A DNA stretch of 64,000 nt, taken from NCBI RefSeq assembly GCF_025526975.1, contig NW_026515669.1:1860001-1924000 (forward strand). Reading direction: 5' to 3'. The notes beneath the pieces are model-generated. The model searched no databases, was not told the origin of the DNA, and worked only from the letters and a program-made list of their open reading frames with translations. The stretch's first letter is position 1, and each line of letters opens with the position of its first letter. Made by a program: the position numbers and the translations under genes. Source of the stretch: Fimicolochytrium jonesii (lineage: Eukaryota). Positions 12,778 to 24,567 of the stretch are shown here, in pieces.

Positions 12778-13572
12778 GGGTGTGGGGGATTGAAGACGAT
12801 CAAAGAGGAGCGGAAGGTTCACTATTGATGGAGCGATGTTGGTGGTGGCTTGGCAATTCCTGGGGTGCCGTTGGTGAACGGACAAGTGCTCTTGCTATGT
12901 TTATGCCGTCCCATGATGGCCGCTATGTGGAGACCACATCCGGCCGCCCCGACGGGTGGCAAAGAGAAGCGCCGAGGAAATGCACATACCTTCGGACGAA
13001 ATCCCGTGCACATCGCAGCACCACATTACATAGTACAGCACCCTGACTGTACATTGGGAAAGATCAAACACTTCGGGTGGACGTGGTTCAAGAAATACAG
13101 AATCACATCTTCCTTGTTGCGCAAAGATACCTTCGCTGGCAATGATGCATAATGGTTCGTTTCATATCGTCATAACACTCCCGCTGCAGATAAAATCCCT
13201 CACTACAGTACCCCCTACGTACCACCACCACCGGACTCCTCTTTCTCTTCGTCCGGACTCCGGTATGCAAGGGCGAGGAGTGTTGCACACGTGGGGAGGT
13301 GGTGTTGTCGTCGTCGTCGGAGGCTTTGGAGAACGAGCCGCACGCGTCTGTCGAAGTTGTTCTTTGCCCAATGCCCCGCCCGCCCCTCAGCACAACCGCC
13401 TGCCAGCGACGATTAGCACAACAGTCAGTGCAACACCCACCACACCAACCCTGATACCAACCTTGCATACCGGGATACCTCAGATACCCCTTCCACCTCG
13501 CTTCCTAATCTGCCACCTTTCACCCTGTCACAAAAACGCTTTTCTCCGACGCCGGACACGCCGATTCCAACA

Positions 13573-14290
13573 ATGGGGCAACACCACACCCCTAACCCGA
13601 CACCTCCACCATCCACCTCCCACCCCGCCCCCTCAACCCCCTCCCCCTCCTCCTCAAACGCACCACCGCAATCTCCATCACAACCACCACCACCAACCCC
13701 CGGCCTCCCCTTCTGGGAACAACGGCGCGCCGCCTGGACCGCCAACCACACGCCATACACGGAGAACCCCGCCCCCGTGACGGACCAGTGGATCAGAGAT
13801 AACCCGGCGCTGGCGGATGTGGATGCGACGGCGTATGATGCGATTTATGCGGCGCTTGTGGAGGGGAGGAGGTTTGCGAGGAGGACGCCGTTGCCGTTTG
13901 TTACTTCTGTGCTGGTAGGTTCTGGATGGGAGAGAGAGAGGGGTGGCACTGAAGGCTGGGCCGGGCACGAGGGGCAAGAATTGCTTTCGGTTGACGAGCC
14001 ATAGGCGAGCCTCGGCGAGCGTTGGAATTTCGCGAACCAAGCGGGCTTAGGGGAGTCGTGCGGTCGGGCAGGATGGTGGTTTTCATGCGTACATGCGAGC
14101 GATTCGAATATGCATCAACCAACCTCGCCCGATTTCCTTCCGTTCACAGGTCCACGGATGGAAAAAGGAAGGTCTCTGGGCACCCGCAACAGGGATAGGA
14201 GGATCGAACAGTAATCCGTACCCGCTCGCCGACTCGAATAGCAATTCGCAGAACGTCTCTTCTGGTGTCATTTCTGGGCAGCGGCAGTGA
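13573..14290 (+). CDS. DUF4050 / Gag1-like clamp domain protein
   Basis: GLPFWEQRRAAWT, YDAIYAALVEGRRFARRTPLPFVTSVL, intron, then VHGWKKEGLW. Start uncertain. Confidence 0.7.
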
Positions 14291-14518
14291 GCGAAGAGTG
14301 GAATGGGGTTGGTTTCTCTCATAGAAGGGATTGGCAAGGGGCTCTGCAACGGCCTCGACAGTGGCGGCTCGACGGGGAGAAGCATATCATATAGACAGCG
14401 GGACTGTCTACATTCGCACGGGGGGGTACAGATGCGCCATGAATTAGGGCACGCGAGGCTAACTAATAGAAGTAGGGATTCATGGAGGCGTTAAGCGCCC
14501 TAGCGTCATTAGGGTGCA

Positions 14519-14700
14519 TAGTTTCCGTTGGGTAGTGTAGTCTTTGCAACAGCTCGATATCGAAAAAGGCTGACACCCCTGCTGTTGCGGCTTTGCACTC
14601 ATCATCATTTGGTAAACTACATAATACAAGTTGCCATCATCGGCGATGCCTCCGGCAGAGGTACAATGATGTGGATGGCAGATAACCACCACGGAAAATT
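14519..14700 (-). ncRNA. Putative Fanzor omegaRNA scaffold (candidate guide continues to ~14499)
   Basis: Begins immediately after the Fanzor stop codon. Nested inverted repeats (plus-strand coordinates): TTTCCGT 14522-28 / ACGGAAA 14691-97; TGTAGT 14536-41 / ACTACA 14616-21; GCAACAGC 14546-53 / GCTGTTGC 14581-88; TGCCATC 14632-38 / GATGGCA 14674-80. Sense strand starts UUUUCCG and ends GGAAACUA. Confidence 0.7.
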
Positions 14701-14705
14701 CTAGA

Positions 14706-17700
14706 CTACTGGTTACGGGAGAATGCGTCTGGTCTGCCATTGCCAAGCATCACCGAACGCACAATCGAGAGGAAATTCTTGGTACTTAGGACGTCCCGAT
14801 TGTGCACTTTCATCCGTAGTCGTAGTGGTCGTCGTCTTCCAGGAATCTCAAATGGCGTCCAGTCTTGGTTGATACATTCGGGGTTGGGGCAACCCACCAA
14901 TCCATGGACGTATTCCATTCTTCCCCTTCTAGCTTGCCACGGCCGAGATGACAGCCGCCGTCGGATGTTTTTCTTCACACGACCGTGGCAGTTGGGGCAC
15001 ACGGACGACGTTCGATACTCATCTAGCAAGTAACATGGAATGCCGTTTCTCGCAAAGAGTGTGCGGAATCTGTTCCATGATGAGTTAGCATATTATAGTA
15101 CATAAAAAACAATGATGGTCACTCACCCCTTGGTCTTCGATGACTCCTGAAAGCGCATCGTTTTCCCAGCATCGCTCCAATCACCCAAGATGACCGAAAA
15201 ATGCTTTCCATACCGGCGTCGCATGTTCTTAATGAGCTTGCTCTCAGACTTTTGCCGCAGTGAGAACGCCTTGAATCTGCGAGCGACGTCAATCTCATCC
15301 CGGTAAAACTCATCCAGGGTGGGATCTGGGATATGGATGGATGTCAGCCCATGTATTACTAAATTTGAAGATCAAAATTGAAGTAGAACATCATACCCGC
15401 ATGTACGTGATCCACAATGAACGCTGAGAACGCCTCGATGTGCATGCTCTTGTGCGACGGAATATGTGATTCCATCTCAGCGATGCCGGCATTGATCTTT
15501 TGCTCTCTCATGTCTCTTTGAAAGTACCGAGACTTTGTCTCGACCGCCCGTTGATTGGATGTGTATCTGATATGGGGTGGTGCATTGTGAGAACGCTGCA
15601 ACCGAATGTCGCCGCAATGGGGATGGTGGGGATAGGGGCGGTGGGAGCAGCAGCGGAGACGGGGGGGTGGCGGGCGGAGACGGGGGGCTGGCGGGCGGAG
15701 ACGGGGGGCTGGCGGGCGGAGACGGGGGGCTGGGGGCGGAGACGGGGGGGGGGGGGGGGGGGGGGGACAGCGGGGACAGCAGGGCAGTAGTAATCAACTG
15801 AAACGTACCGAAATGGCCGCTCCTTCTCGATGTCTCGACAGAACAGGAGGTCACGCTTGCCCGGATCAATGCAGACGATGTTTGGAGCCTCCCGTAGTTC
15901 CGCAATGTGGTGCTCAAAATACAGCTGCTTGACTTCTTCCCGCATTTGGGCCTTGCTGCGCTTCCGGGCCCGATACCCATACTTGAGCCCTGGCTTCTTG
16001 AAGTGGATGGTAATGGAATACCCGTCAGTGCTAATTGACCCATCGAACTTGAGACCAAGCTTCTTTCGATGTTTGAAGACCTTGTCCTATAATCCGTCAT
16101 TCAGCGACGTAATCTGATTGAAATAAGCACATAAGGATAGAGACTTACATTCACGTTGATAAACTGCCCCCACAGCTCCCGCTTGCGTTCATCAGTGAGT
16201 TTTCCCATGCGACGTCTGCTGACATCCAGGATATGAGTACTTAGGATCAGCGTGTTAATCCGAACAGACGACTGGATTCGAGATTTGCGCAGTGGGATAG
16301 CGGAAAACAGCCGCATTCCACGGCGCTCATAGAGGCGCGAGAGGTCACAGTAGGCACCTGTGATGAGGCGAGGCAGGTGCGGACCATGATTAGACAAAAG
16401 AGGGCACCGCAGGGGGGGGGGGGGGGGGGGGGGGCGGTTTCGCGTTATGTTTGGCGCGCGGCGAACACGTCGGCGGCGCTGGTTACGTTGACGCCATGGC
16501 GGTGGGCAAGAGCATCGGTCGCGCCCCGGGCCCGCTGTGCGCGCACTGGCGGCGTCGTCGAGGCCGGGGGGGGTGGGGGCCCCGGCGAGAGATACCCTAT
16601 ATGATGGCGATATCTATAATCGATGCCTGGTAGTTTTCGCTGGTCGAATGATGACTCGGTGAACACCCTCAGTGGTTTGTGGGAGCCAAGCGTGCGGGCG
16701 CCCAGCGCCAACAGCGCATCGCGAACCACGTCGGCCGGGGTCCCGGCGGGCAGCCACTGGGCGTCGGTGTACCAAGTAAGGCGCTCGCTCGCGTCGCTGC
16801 GCAGCCACCCACGAGTTGGGGGGGGGGGGGGGGGGGGGGGGGGTAAATATACAGGATGCAACTCACTTAAATATGGCATTGCGTCCACCGCAAGGCTGTA
16901 CGCAAGCGGTTCATCCTGGGGAGGAAACAGAGCCCATAACTCGTCGAGGAGAGTCTGCTCAAGTCGTGTGAGGCCGGCAAACTCCTCTTCCGTTGGGTAC
17001 TCTTCAAATGTCGCGTACTTTGTGAATTGACGGACACGACGATAATAGTGTCGCCGCTGCGCTCTCCGGAGATGCCGTTCGATTTGCTTCAAACCAAGCT
17101 TTTCATTGACGTAGCGCAGAAACATTTGCATGAAATGCTCTTGTACGTTAACTTTGAGGTTTGTGAGGATGCTCGTAGCCGTGTACGCTGCGGTCTGTTG
17201 GCAATTTCGCATGCGGATGGGGACGAATCCGTGAACATTACAGTACTCTTGAACCCGTGGACGCAACTCTTGCGCAATGACCGGATTGCCGTTGTAGCCT
17301 GGATTGTTTAGCAGCTCAAATATCACGCTGATGTGCTTGTCCGTGATGTCCGGGAAATCGTGCAGAGGATGATCAGCTGTGGTGGGCAGACGTAGTAGTC
17401 AGGACATTGTTTCAAGAAATATACAGTGTAGTGTACGCCAAAAACTCACCAAGGTAGTACTTCAGGAAGAAGGTGGTGTGGCGCGCAAGGATGTGAACAT
17501 TGCCGATGAATGTTCTGAGGCGCTCCCTTTGAACTTGATTCTGATGATTCTGATTATGGATTCGATGAAGGGAAACCTTGGTGCAGGCATGCGTCTGCGG
17601 GCGGGGTCGTTGAGCAGGGGGTGGAGGCGGGGGTGGAGGCAGGGGTTCATACACCAGGGATCCCGGTGTGCTGGGAAAACGGAAAGGGATGGGCGCGGGG

Positions 17701-17996
17701 AGGTTCAGTGGGCGCTGCAGACCCCTGTCCGCGGGTGAAAGCCCTCGCTGCGGCTGCTGCTGCTGCCCGTCTTCATCGCCGGAGCTCTCGCCAACCATGT
17801 CTGCAATTGCTTGGGGCAAGTGGCGATGGACAGAGGGCGGGAGCTCGAATCGTGGGGGTTGCAATAGTGTGGCTGGCAGACGTATGGGCAATCGCGGGGT
17901 AACCGGAGCAACCTTCCTCCTCTTCCGCCGTGGTGTGGTTGCTCCAGTAAAGATGCCACACCACAGGTGCCCCTGGAGCGCCTGGTGTGATGACAT
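14706..17996 (-). CDS. Fanzor1 (eukaryotic TnpB-family RNA-guided endonuclease), 7 coding exons, about 758 aa
   Basis: Manual splicing of exons 17996-17450, 17376-16867, 16357-16149, 16086-15809, 15566-15397, 15325-15127 and 15069-14706 (all GT-AG) gives 2277 nt in frame without stops. Motifs: FSAIPL, FDGSISTDGYS, RuvC-I CIDPGKRDLL, VILGDWS, RuvC-II LLDEYRTSSVC, Zn finger CPNC...CPNPEC, RuvC-III HNRDV, C-terminal RPDAFSR. Confidence 0.92.
15640..15780. repeat. 21-bp G-rich minisatellite (GGCGGGCGGAGACGGGGGGCT, ~4 copies) plus poly-G tract inside a Fanzor intron
   Basis: Tandem units are directly visible, followed by a G run at 15744-15766. Confidence 0.9.
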
Positions 17997-19617
17997 GATG
18001 GCTGTGCTGTGCTGTGCAGGCAAGTGGTGAGATCAAGGGGACCGAGCAAGGGGCCTGCTCTCGAGGAGGATCCAGGAATCCTGCTTACCTGCGATGTGTT
18101 GAAGGCTTTTAGAGGTTGGTTGGGGGTTTGCCTTGATGTGCGAGGGTGGAAGTGTGCGCAATTGTGGTTTGGTGGAACTACATAATATACCCGGTTTCTG
18201 CATGTTCAAAAGGGTCACCACGATCGCGATTGGCCTACTTCTCCACCCCTCCAACGTCTGACAGTCGGAGCGCGGGCCAGACCAGGGCAAACGACAGTGC
18301 AGCAGAATATAGGGGCGACAACGAACGCAGAGCACGAAACTAACCCTCTGTTGCCTCAACCAGTTCAACTGACGGCCACAGTGGGAGCTGCTGCTGGGAG
18401 CGCACGGGCGAAAACCCCCCTCTGTCGAGCCACGTCTGCTTTCAGAACCATGCATTCAGAGCTACGAAGTGGGGCCGGGGGGGGGGGAGCATGGGTAAAT
18501 CTATAATGCGCGCCTAGAGCCTGCCATATTGTTTGTTGTAACGGTCTGGCTACCGTTCTGTAGATGCCTGTGCAGTGTCAACCTCATCTGGGTCACATCA
18601 GAGTTAAAAAGTCTACCACAGTCCTTAATTGGTAAAACAATGCACTCTGGCTCGTTGAACTGTTGTTCACGTCGCGGTAGATCCCCTCTTTGGAGTTTCC
18701 GAGACGAGCGAGCTCTAGTTGAGGTGCGATGAAACGAGTGAACTCCTTGCTCCGCTTGCCGCTCCGACTCTCCCGGGGAAGAGGTGAAGCGGGACGTAGC
18801 GAAGCCAATGGGGCCTGCATAGAGCTAACCCACGCCGACGGCCATATCCAATTGCAGCGTAGTACTCTTCGTGCCCATTCTCCTGAATCTGTTCGTTTTC
18901 CCGTTCGCACAATCTGCAGCGTCTTGGAAGTGTGTTTCCGGTCGGTGTCGGATTGAGAGGACATGTTCCTTATTCTCTGAGTGGTCACTGAATTTGCTAG
19001 GCGCTTTGCTGGGCAATCCTGAACTCACCGGGCCGCATCGGGTACGCGGAAGCCGTCCGTCGCCTCAGAGGCAGTTTGAGCAATCCTCTGTGGAACTTCT
19101 CGAATCCAAGCCAAAAGTAAGCCGCACTATCGTCACTGAACACTTCCTCGATTCAACCGTGTCACAACGATATGTTATATATCTATGGTGCGTTTATTAT
19201 GCAGGCAATGTCCTCAGCAGCTGCAAAGGAGGCTGGCGTGGAGGGTTTTGGCGTGACGGAGGCGACAAGCGGGCGGGAGCCTCAGCGTTCGCGGGATTGC
19301 ATTCTTTGCGAATCCGGTAGAACTCACTTTACCTAGAACACAAATGACTCTTTGGTTTCTCGGTGGTCAGCGGCTTGAGAGGTCCAGTGGACAGTGGCGC
19401 CTATACACTCTGGAGGTTCCAGAACTCTCCGCGAGGTTCCCGAGAATGGAGAAGCGTGGAAAGGCCGTACTGACAGTTTGACAGGATCGCGTGAGTCGTC
19501 AGTCGCGTTGCGTCCGTCCGACAAGAGATCGACAATACAGGCAGGCACTCGTTTCCCCACCCTTTCCGTCGGGATTCAGATCGCACTCTCACAAGCATAA
19601 CGGATACACTCACAGCA

Positions 19618-22600
19618 ATGCCCATATATCATCCACTATCATTATCAGCACTCCTGCTCCCACTTCTCACTCTCATCGTCCTCACCGTCACCCTTTCCCC
19701 TCCGTGCGCAGCCGCGTCTTCAGACTCTCTCACTAGCGTCGCTCTCGCCAACTCAGCACTACTATCACACCCCGTCCCGACGTGCCCTACAGGACAGTTC
19801 TGGAATTCGGTATTGCTAAAATGTGATGGGTGTGCCGCGAATCAGGTCGTTGGTGTTGGAGGTAGGGCGAGCGATAGCGTGCATTCGTGGCTTTGAGGCG
19901 AGCGGTGCGCGATGATCTGCGGGGAGTTGCGACCGCGGCGGAGGGTCCCCTGCGCCAGAGGGGAATATCCCTATTATGGTTCTGAGCGAGCCGCACCGAG
20001 CGTTGAAAAAAACATCGCGAGCGAAGCTAGCCACGCCCCTCTTAAAGCAGCCCAACATTCTTGTCGCGAGCTCGGACCGAGCGCTAAATCATTCGTCGAT
20101 GGTTGATAGGTTGTTGATGGTTGTTGATTGTTGATGGTTGATGGTTGTCACTCTTCATTGAATTTAGGGAGATGCGTATGTGCATCTGGATACTACCGCG
20201 AACAAACGAACGGGACCGGCATATTGCCGGATCAGACATGTGTTGCGTGTCCTGCAGGGCAGGTAAGCAATGTGGGTCCAAACCACCATGTCCCTATACC
20301 TGATGTTTCTAAACCGATCGTGTCCCTTCATCTGAATGTGTTGATAGTACGCATCAGCAGACGAGACCTTCTGCCGCACCTGCATCCAACCCTCCGACCC
20401 ATCCCTATCCGGCACCCAATGCACATGCGGCGTCGGAGAGTATCTAGGTATGTCCCCCACCTCACCCCATCTTCCCTCCAATATCCTTGAATCTAACATC
20501 CTCTACTATCATCAGTGGACAGAGACGCCGCCACTGCTCTCCCACTTGCATCTGCAACATGCACTCCCTGCCCCATCTACGCCTACCCAACGCGTAACCT
20601 CACGACCTGCATCGAATGTCCGCAGCACGTCATGCAGGCCGTCTATGCGGCCGACTCGGGAACGTATGAGTGTGTGTGCCGCGGGGATTTGGGGTTTAGT
20701 GAGACTCCGGTGGGTTATTTGAGTTCGGTTCCGTCTGTTGGGAGCGGGATCCCATCTCGAAGCGTCAAGTGCCCGTCATTCCCTAACCCCTCCCACGCCT
20801 CATCATCCAGCAAGACGGCACATGCATCGCCTTAGCCAGTACATCCGCCATCCAATCCAGAGTGCCCGCCTCAAGCATCTACACCGTCACTTACAGGGTA
20901 TGATATCTCTCCCATTCCCTACATATGTAGCACTGTTCATCGATATCTACTTGACGGCACACAGGATATCCTAACTCCCAGCGGCACCTCGACAACCCTC
21001 ACCGCCCGCTCCGACATCTTCGCATCAACCCTTATCGGCGCCGCTGCCGGCTGCGAGGTAACATATGCCCATCTCTTTCCCATGCCCCATTACATCCCAC
21101 CACCCGCAACTCATCCCTATCAATCCACCATCAGTTCGACTGGGACACCGAATCCTGCCAACTCCTCGCGAACCTCTGCGTGCTGCAGCTCTACGACTCC
21201 TCGGCGTCGGCGTGTGCGCTTTACGCCCGGGTTGCGCAGGCTAAGGCGCAGGGGGCGGGTGAGGGTGATGAGTGAGTACGTTTGTGCGGGGAGGGTTTAT
21301 GGGCGAAGCGGGGAGGAGATGGTTGGCGTTCAATGTGGGACGGCAGTTCGAAGCGGAGAGAGCTATTCTGACCCTATTTTTGTGGAACAGGTTAAGAGGC
21401 CTCCCACGAATATACTACGGGCTCGGCACGACGCTAGAGGACTCGACGACCGTTACGAGCCAGGTGGTCACTCTACCGGCGGGGTCAGATACGGTACGCC
21501 GCAAGCAGACGAAACGTGCAGTGCTTGTGAAGTTGATTGATGCCCCACTGAAGGATCAGCTGAACCTTCCTCCTACAGCTCAACCTTCTCCTCGGCGCCT
21601 ACACACTCAACGGCACATTCCTAGGCTACGAGCCCGTCGGCGCTCAACTACAGGTTACATTCAAAATTCTCACCCCATCCCCAACTCTCGTAGATGCTAA
21701 CGAGGTGAAACGATGCACAGTACTGCCTCCAAACCCCGATCGACCAAACGACCGCCTGGCTGAAAATTGGGCATAACTTTGAGGGTTCATGTCGGGTGAA
21801 TCTGACCAGTCTCCTCCAGGGACGGGCAGGGGTTGTCTTTTATCAACTATGTGGGTGAAATATCATTCATTTCATCATCATATATACCGACACATCACTG
21901 ACCCAACCATATCACAACCCCCCCAGACATCCGCGACGCCACCTCAACCCTCCTCCCGATCCCAATCCGCCTCACCAACTACCGCGCCACGGGCGCCCGC
22001 CAACCCAACCTCGACCCCGACCCGCTCAGCTACGGCTCGTCAACGCTGTTCCGGCGGTTCTTTGTCACGGATGGGGTCAGTGGGGTTGAGGGGGGCGTAA
22101 GGAGGGCGGTTAGGGGCGTGCAGGGGGTGCGGGTTTGGTGAGTTGACCGTGCAGGGCAGGAAGGGGACTTGGGGTTTGGGGTGGGGCCTGATGGAGTTTT
22201 TTTGTAGGATAAGAAAAGCGCCCGGGGCGAGGAGCGTGTACATCCCTGTTGTGGATCTCACGTACTTTGAGCGGGACGTCAGCACGCTCTCGGGGGCCGA
22301 CGGGGGTTCCGATGTCTCGTTTCCGCAGGTAACTTCTTACATCCCCCTCCCCGTACACATCTTTCAATGTTGACATTCCTATCATGATACAAACAGGTGA
22401 CATTCGAAATGCACTACACCGCCCCCCTCGACTCCTTCTGGAAAGCCGTCAAGATCGTATTCGCGCTCGTATGCGTGTACGCCGGTTTTCTGGCGCTGTA
22501 TCGCGCGCGGGCGTGGAGCGCGCGGAATCTGGGGGCGGGGGAGGGGTGGGATGTTCAGGTATGTCATATCATCCATCCGCATCATCCACCCAGGATCATA

Positions 22601-24567
22601 TTTGGAGAGGACAGAATCTAATGTTGACATGATTTCTTTTTTTTTTTCAGTTTTTCGGCAGATGCATAATAATCCTCGCAGGCAGCCTCGCGCCCCCCGT
22701 CATCTTTCTCCTGCTCGGGATCTCCGCCTACTGGTTCTTCGCGTTCAAAAACACCGCCAACGCGCTGGACCACCTCTTACCGTGGTCAAGCGGGGATTTG
22801 AGCACGTTTAGTGCTGTTGGGGTTGTTGCTCTCTGCTGCTACGTAAGTCTTACTTTTTTCCATTCCTATGCTATTTATGATTGTTAATAAATTGATCACC
22901 CTTTTTTTGGAAGGCATTGTATATCCTAAAAGAACTGCACGCCCAATGCACCGCGGATATCTTCTTCATTGATTGGGAGCAGAGCAAAGGACGGATCTTG
23001 AGGAGTGGAGATGAAGGCAAGGCGCGGTTGGCGCCTGTGAGTGTGTGGCGGAGTATTTTTTTGATGAATGTCTGGGATGATATTCAGGTTCGTGTTGGGG
23101 ATATCATCTATCAATTGGTGGGCACTCTTGCTTCTTGTGTGGGGACTTCTTGACTAATGGACGAGATTTTTCGAATAGACACACAGACTCGTCAACATCG
23201 AACTCAACCTCCTCGCCATGTTCTTCATCCTCGACACGCTTCAAGTCCGGTACGCCGCCACCCCGCAGCCCGACCGGCAGGATCTCACGCCCGGTCCCAC
23301 TAGTCCAATATTGCTGTTTGGCGTCGAGGGGATGGTTTGGCTTGCTCTCTCCGCTGCACAGGTATGTAATGGTCCCGCCCTCTACTGAAGGGCCCATGAT
23401 CACCCCCCAACTGATATACGAATACGCGACACAAAACATGTAGGCATTATTCCGCCACCTCGTCCACGACCGCTTCTACCGCAACCGCCTCCTCAACTTC
23501 ATCGACGTCCTCTCGATGGCCAACCTCTCCGTGTTCGCCTTCGACGAGCAGTGCCATGGGTACTACATCCACGGCAAGAGCGTGCATCAGTGTGCGGATA
23601 CGAGTGTTGCGGAGCTTAATGGGTTTCTGCGGAAGGAGCAGGTGAGGAACGCGGATGCGCAACGTTTGCTCGTATTGGGTGGTTTTACAGAGTATTGACT
23701 TTTTTTTTGTGAAGGCGGACCTGGTACCACGAAGAGGCCTCCAAGGCTCCGACCAGCAATGTTTCGAAGTCCTCGCACAAAAAGAGTTTCGCGCGGCGTT
23801 TAATAAAGTCTACAGGGCGGTTATCGCGGATCTGGATCGGGGGGATGGGGCCGCGGCGAGGGCTCGTAAGTCATTCATCTGGCGAAACTCGATCCTTTTT
23901 GATGCGCCCTGACATCCTCTTTTTGATGTTTTCGATTTCTCTGAAGAACGCCTGACGATGGAACCCCGCGCGCGCCGCTTCACGGGCGCCGACGAGGAAC
24001 GTGTGCGCGCGTATGAGACCGTCAACCATTTCCTCAAATCGTTTTTCGACCAGGTACCAAAAGCACGTCACCCTATCAACTTCTCTCATTCACTTTCGCA
24101 CATACATACATACATACATGCATAACGTGCTAAACGAAAACTCTCTCCCTCTACCGCAGAATCTGAAAGATTACCCTTATGTCATCCGCACCCGGACGTA
24201 CTTTGAGCGGTTTCTGGCCAAGACGCCGGATGTGTCGCATACAAGCGTTCTCTTCCACGGTAAAATTCTAACCCTCGCCCTGCCTGTCCTTCTCTCCCCC
24301 CAACACCCCACTCACACCCCTCCCTTATGTTTCCCACTAGACACGACAGCAACCCCCTTCACCCCGCTCCTCCTCCGCGGCCTCGAACCGCACCTCCTCC
24401 TCCTCTACGCCCTGCTCTTCACGCTCGTCTCGCAGGCCGTGGACTCGACGGGTGTGGCGGTCGTGGTTGTGTATGGCGTCGATGTGGCGGTGAGATGTGG
24501 GAGGAGGCATTTTGGGAGGGGGAATGTGGGGAGGAAGGGGTTGATGGATGGGAAGTTTTTGGTTTAG
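19618..24567 (+). CDS. TMEM67: Meckelin (ciliary transition-zone membrane protein), multi-exon
   Basis: Signal peptide and Cys-rich ectodomain; ADIFFIDWEQSKG, VSVWRSIFLMNVWDDIQ, NFIDVLSMANLSVF, GYYIHGKSVH..ADT, LVPRRGL; C-terminus NVGRKGLMDGKFLV. Confidence 0.92.

Larger units (their letters stand above)
14519..18190 (-). mobile_element. Fanzor-carrying element or element remnant (3' end at TA 14519-14520; 5' end unresolved)
   Basis: Fanzor gene plus downstream structured RNA ending in TA; Fanzor1 genes are known transposon cargo. No transposase or convincing TIR was seen. Confidence 0.45.

Noticed and set aside
15241..15260. Apparent frameshift in Fanzor exon 6 suggested by the ORF track (15119-15313)
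   Set aside because: Recounting gives CGG CAA AAG TCT GAG, so the true frame (RQKSESKLIKN...GDWS) is open; the listed ORF is an alternative frame.
18322..18342. Candidate left TIR (CACGAAACTA) for the Fanzor element
   Set aside because: Only 7 bp match the right end, which is insufficient evidence.
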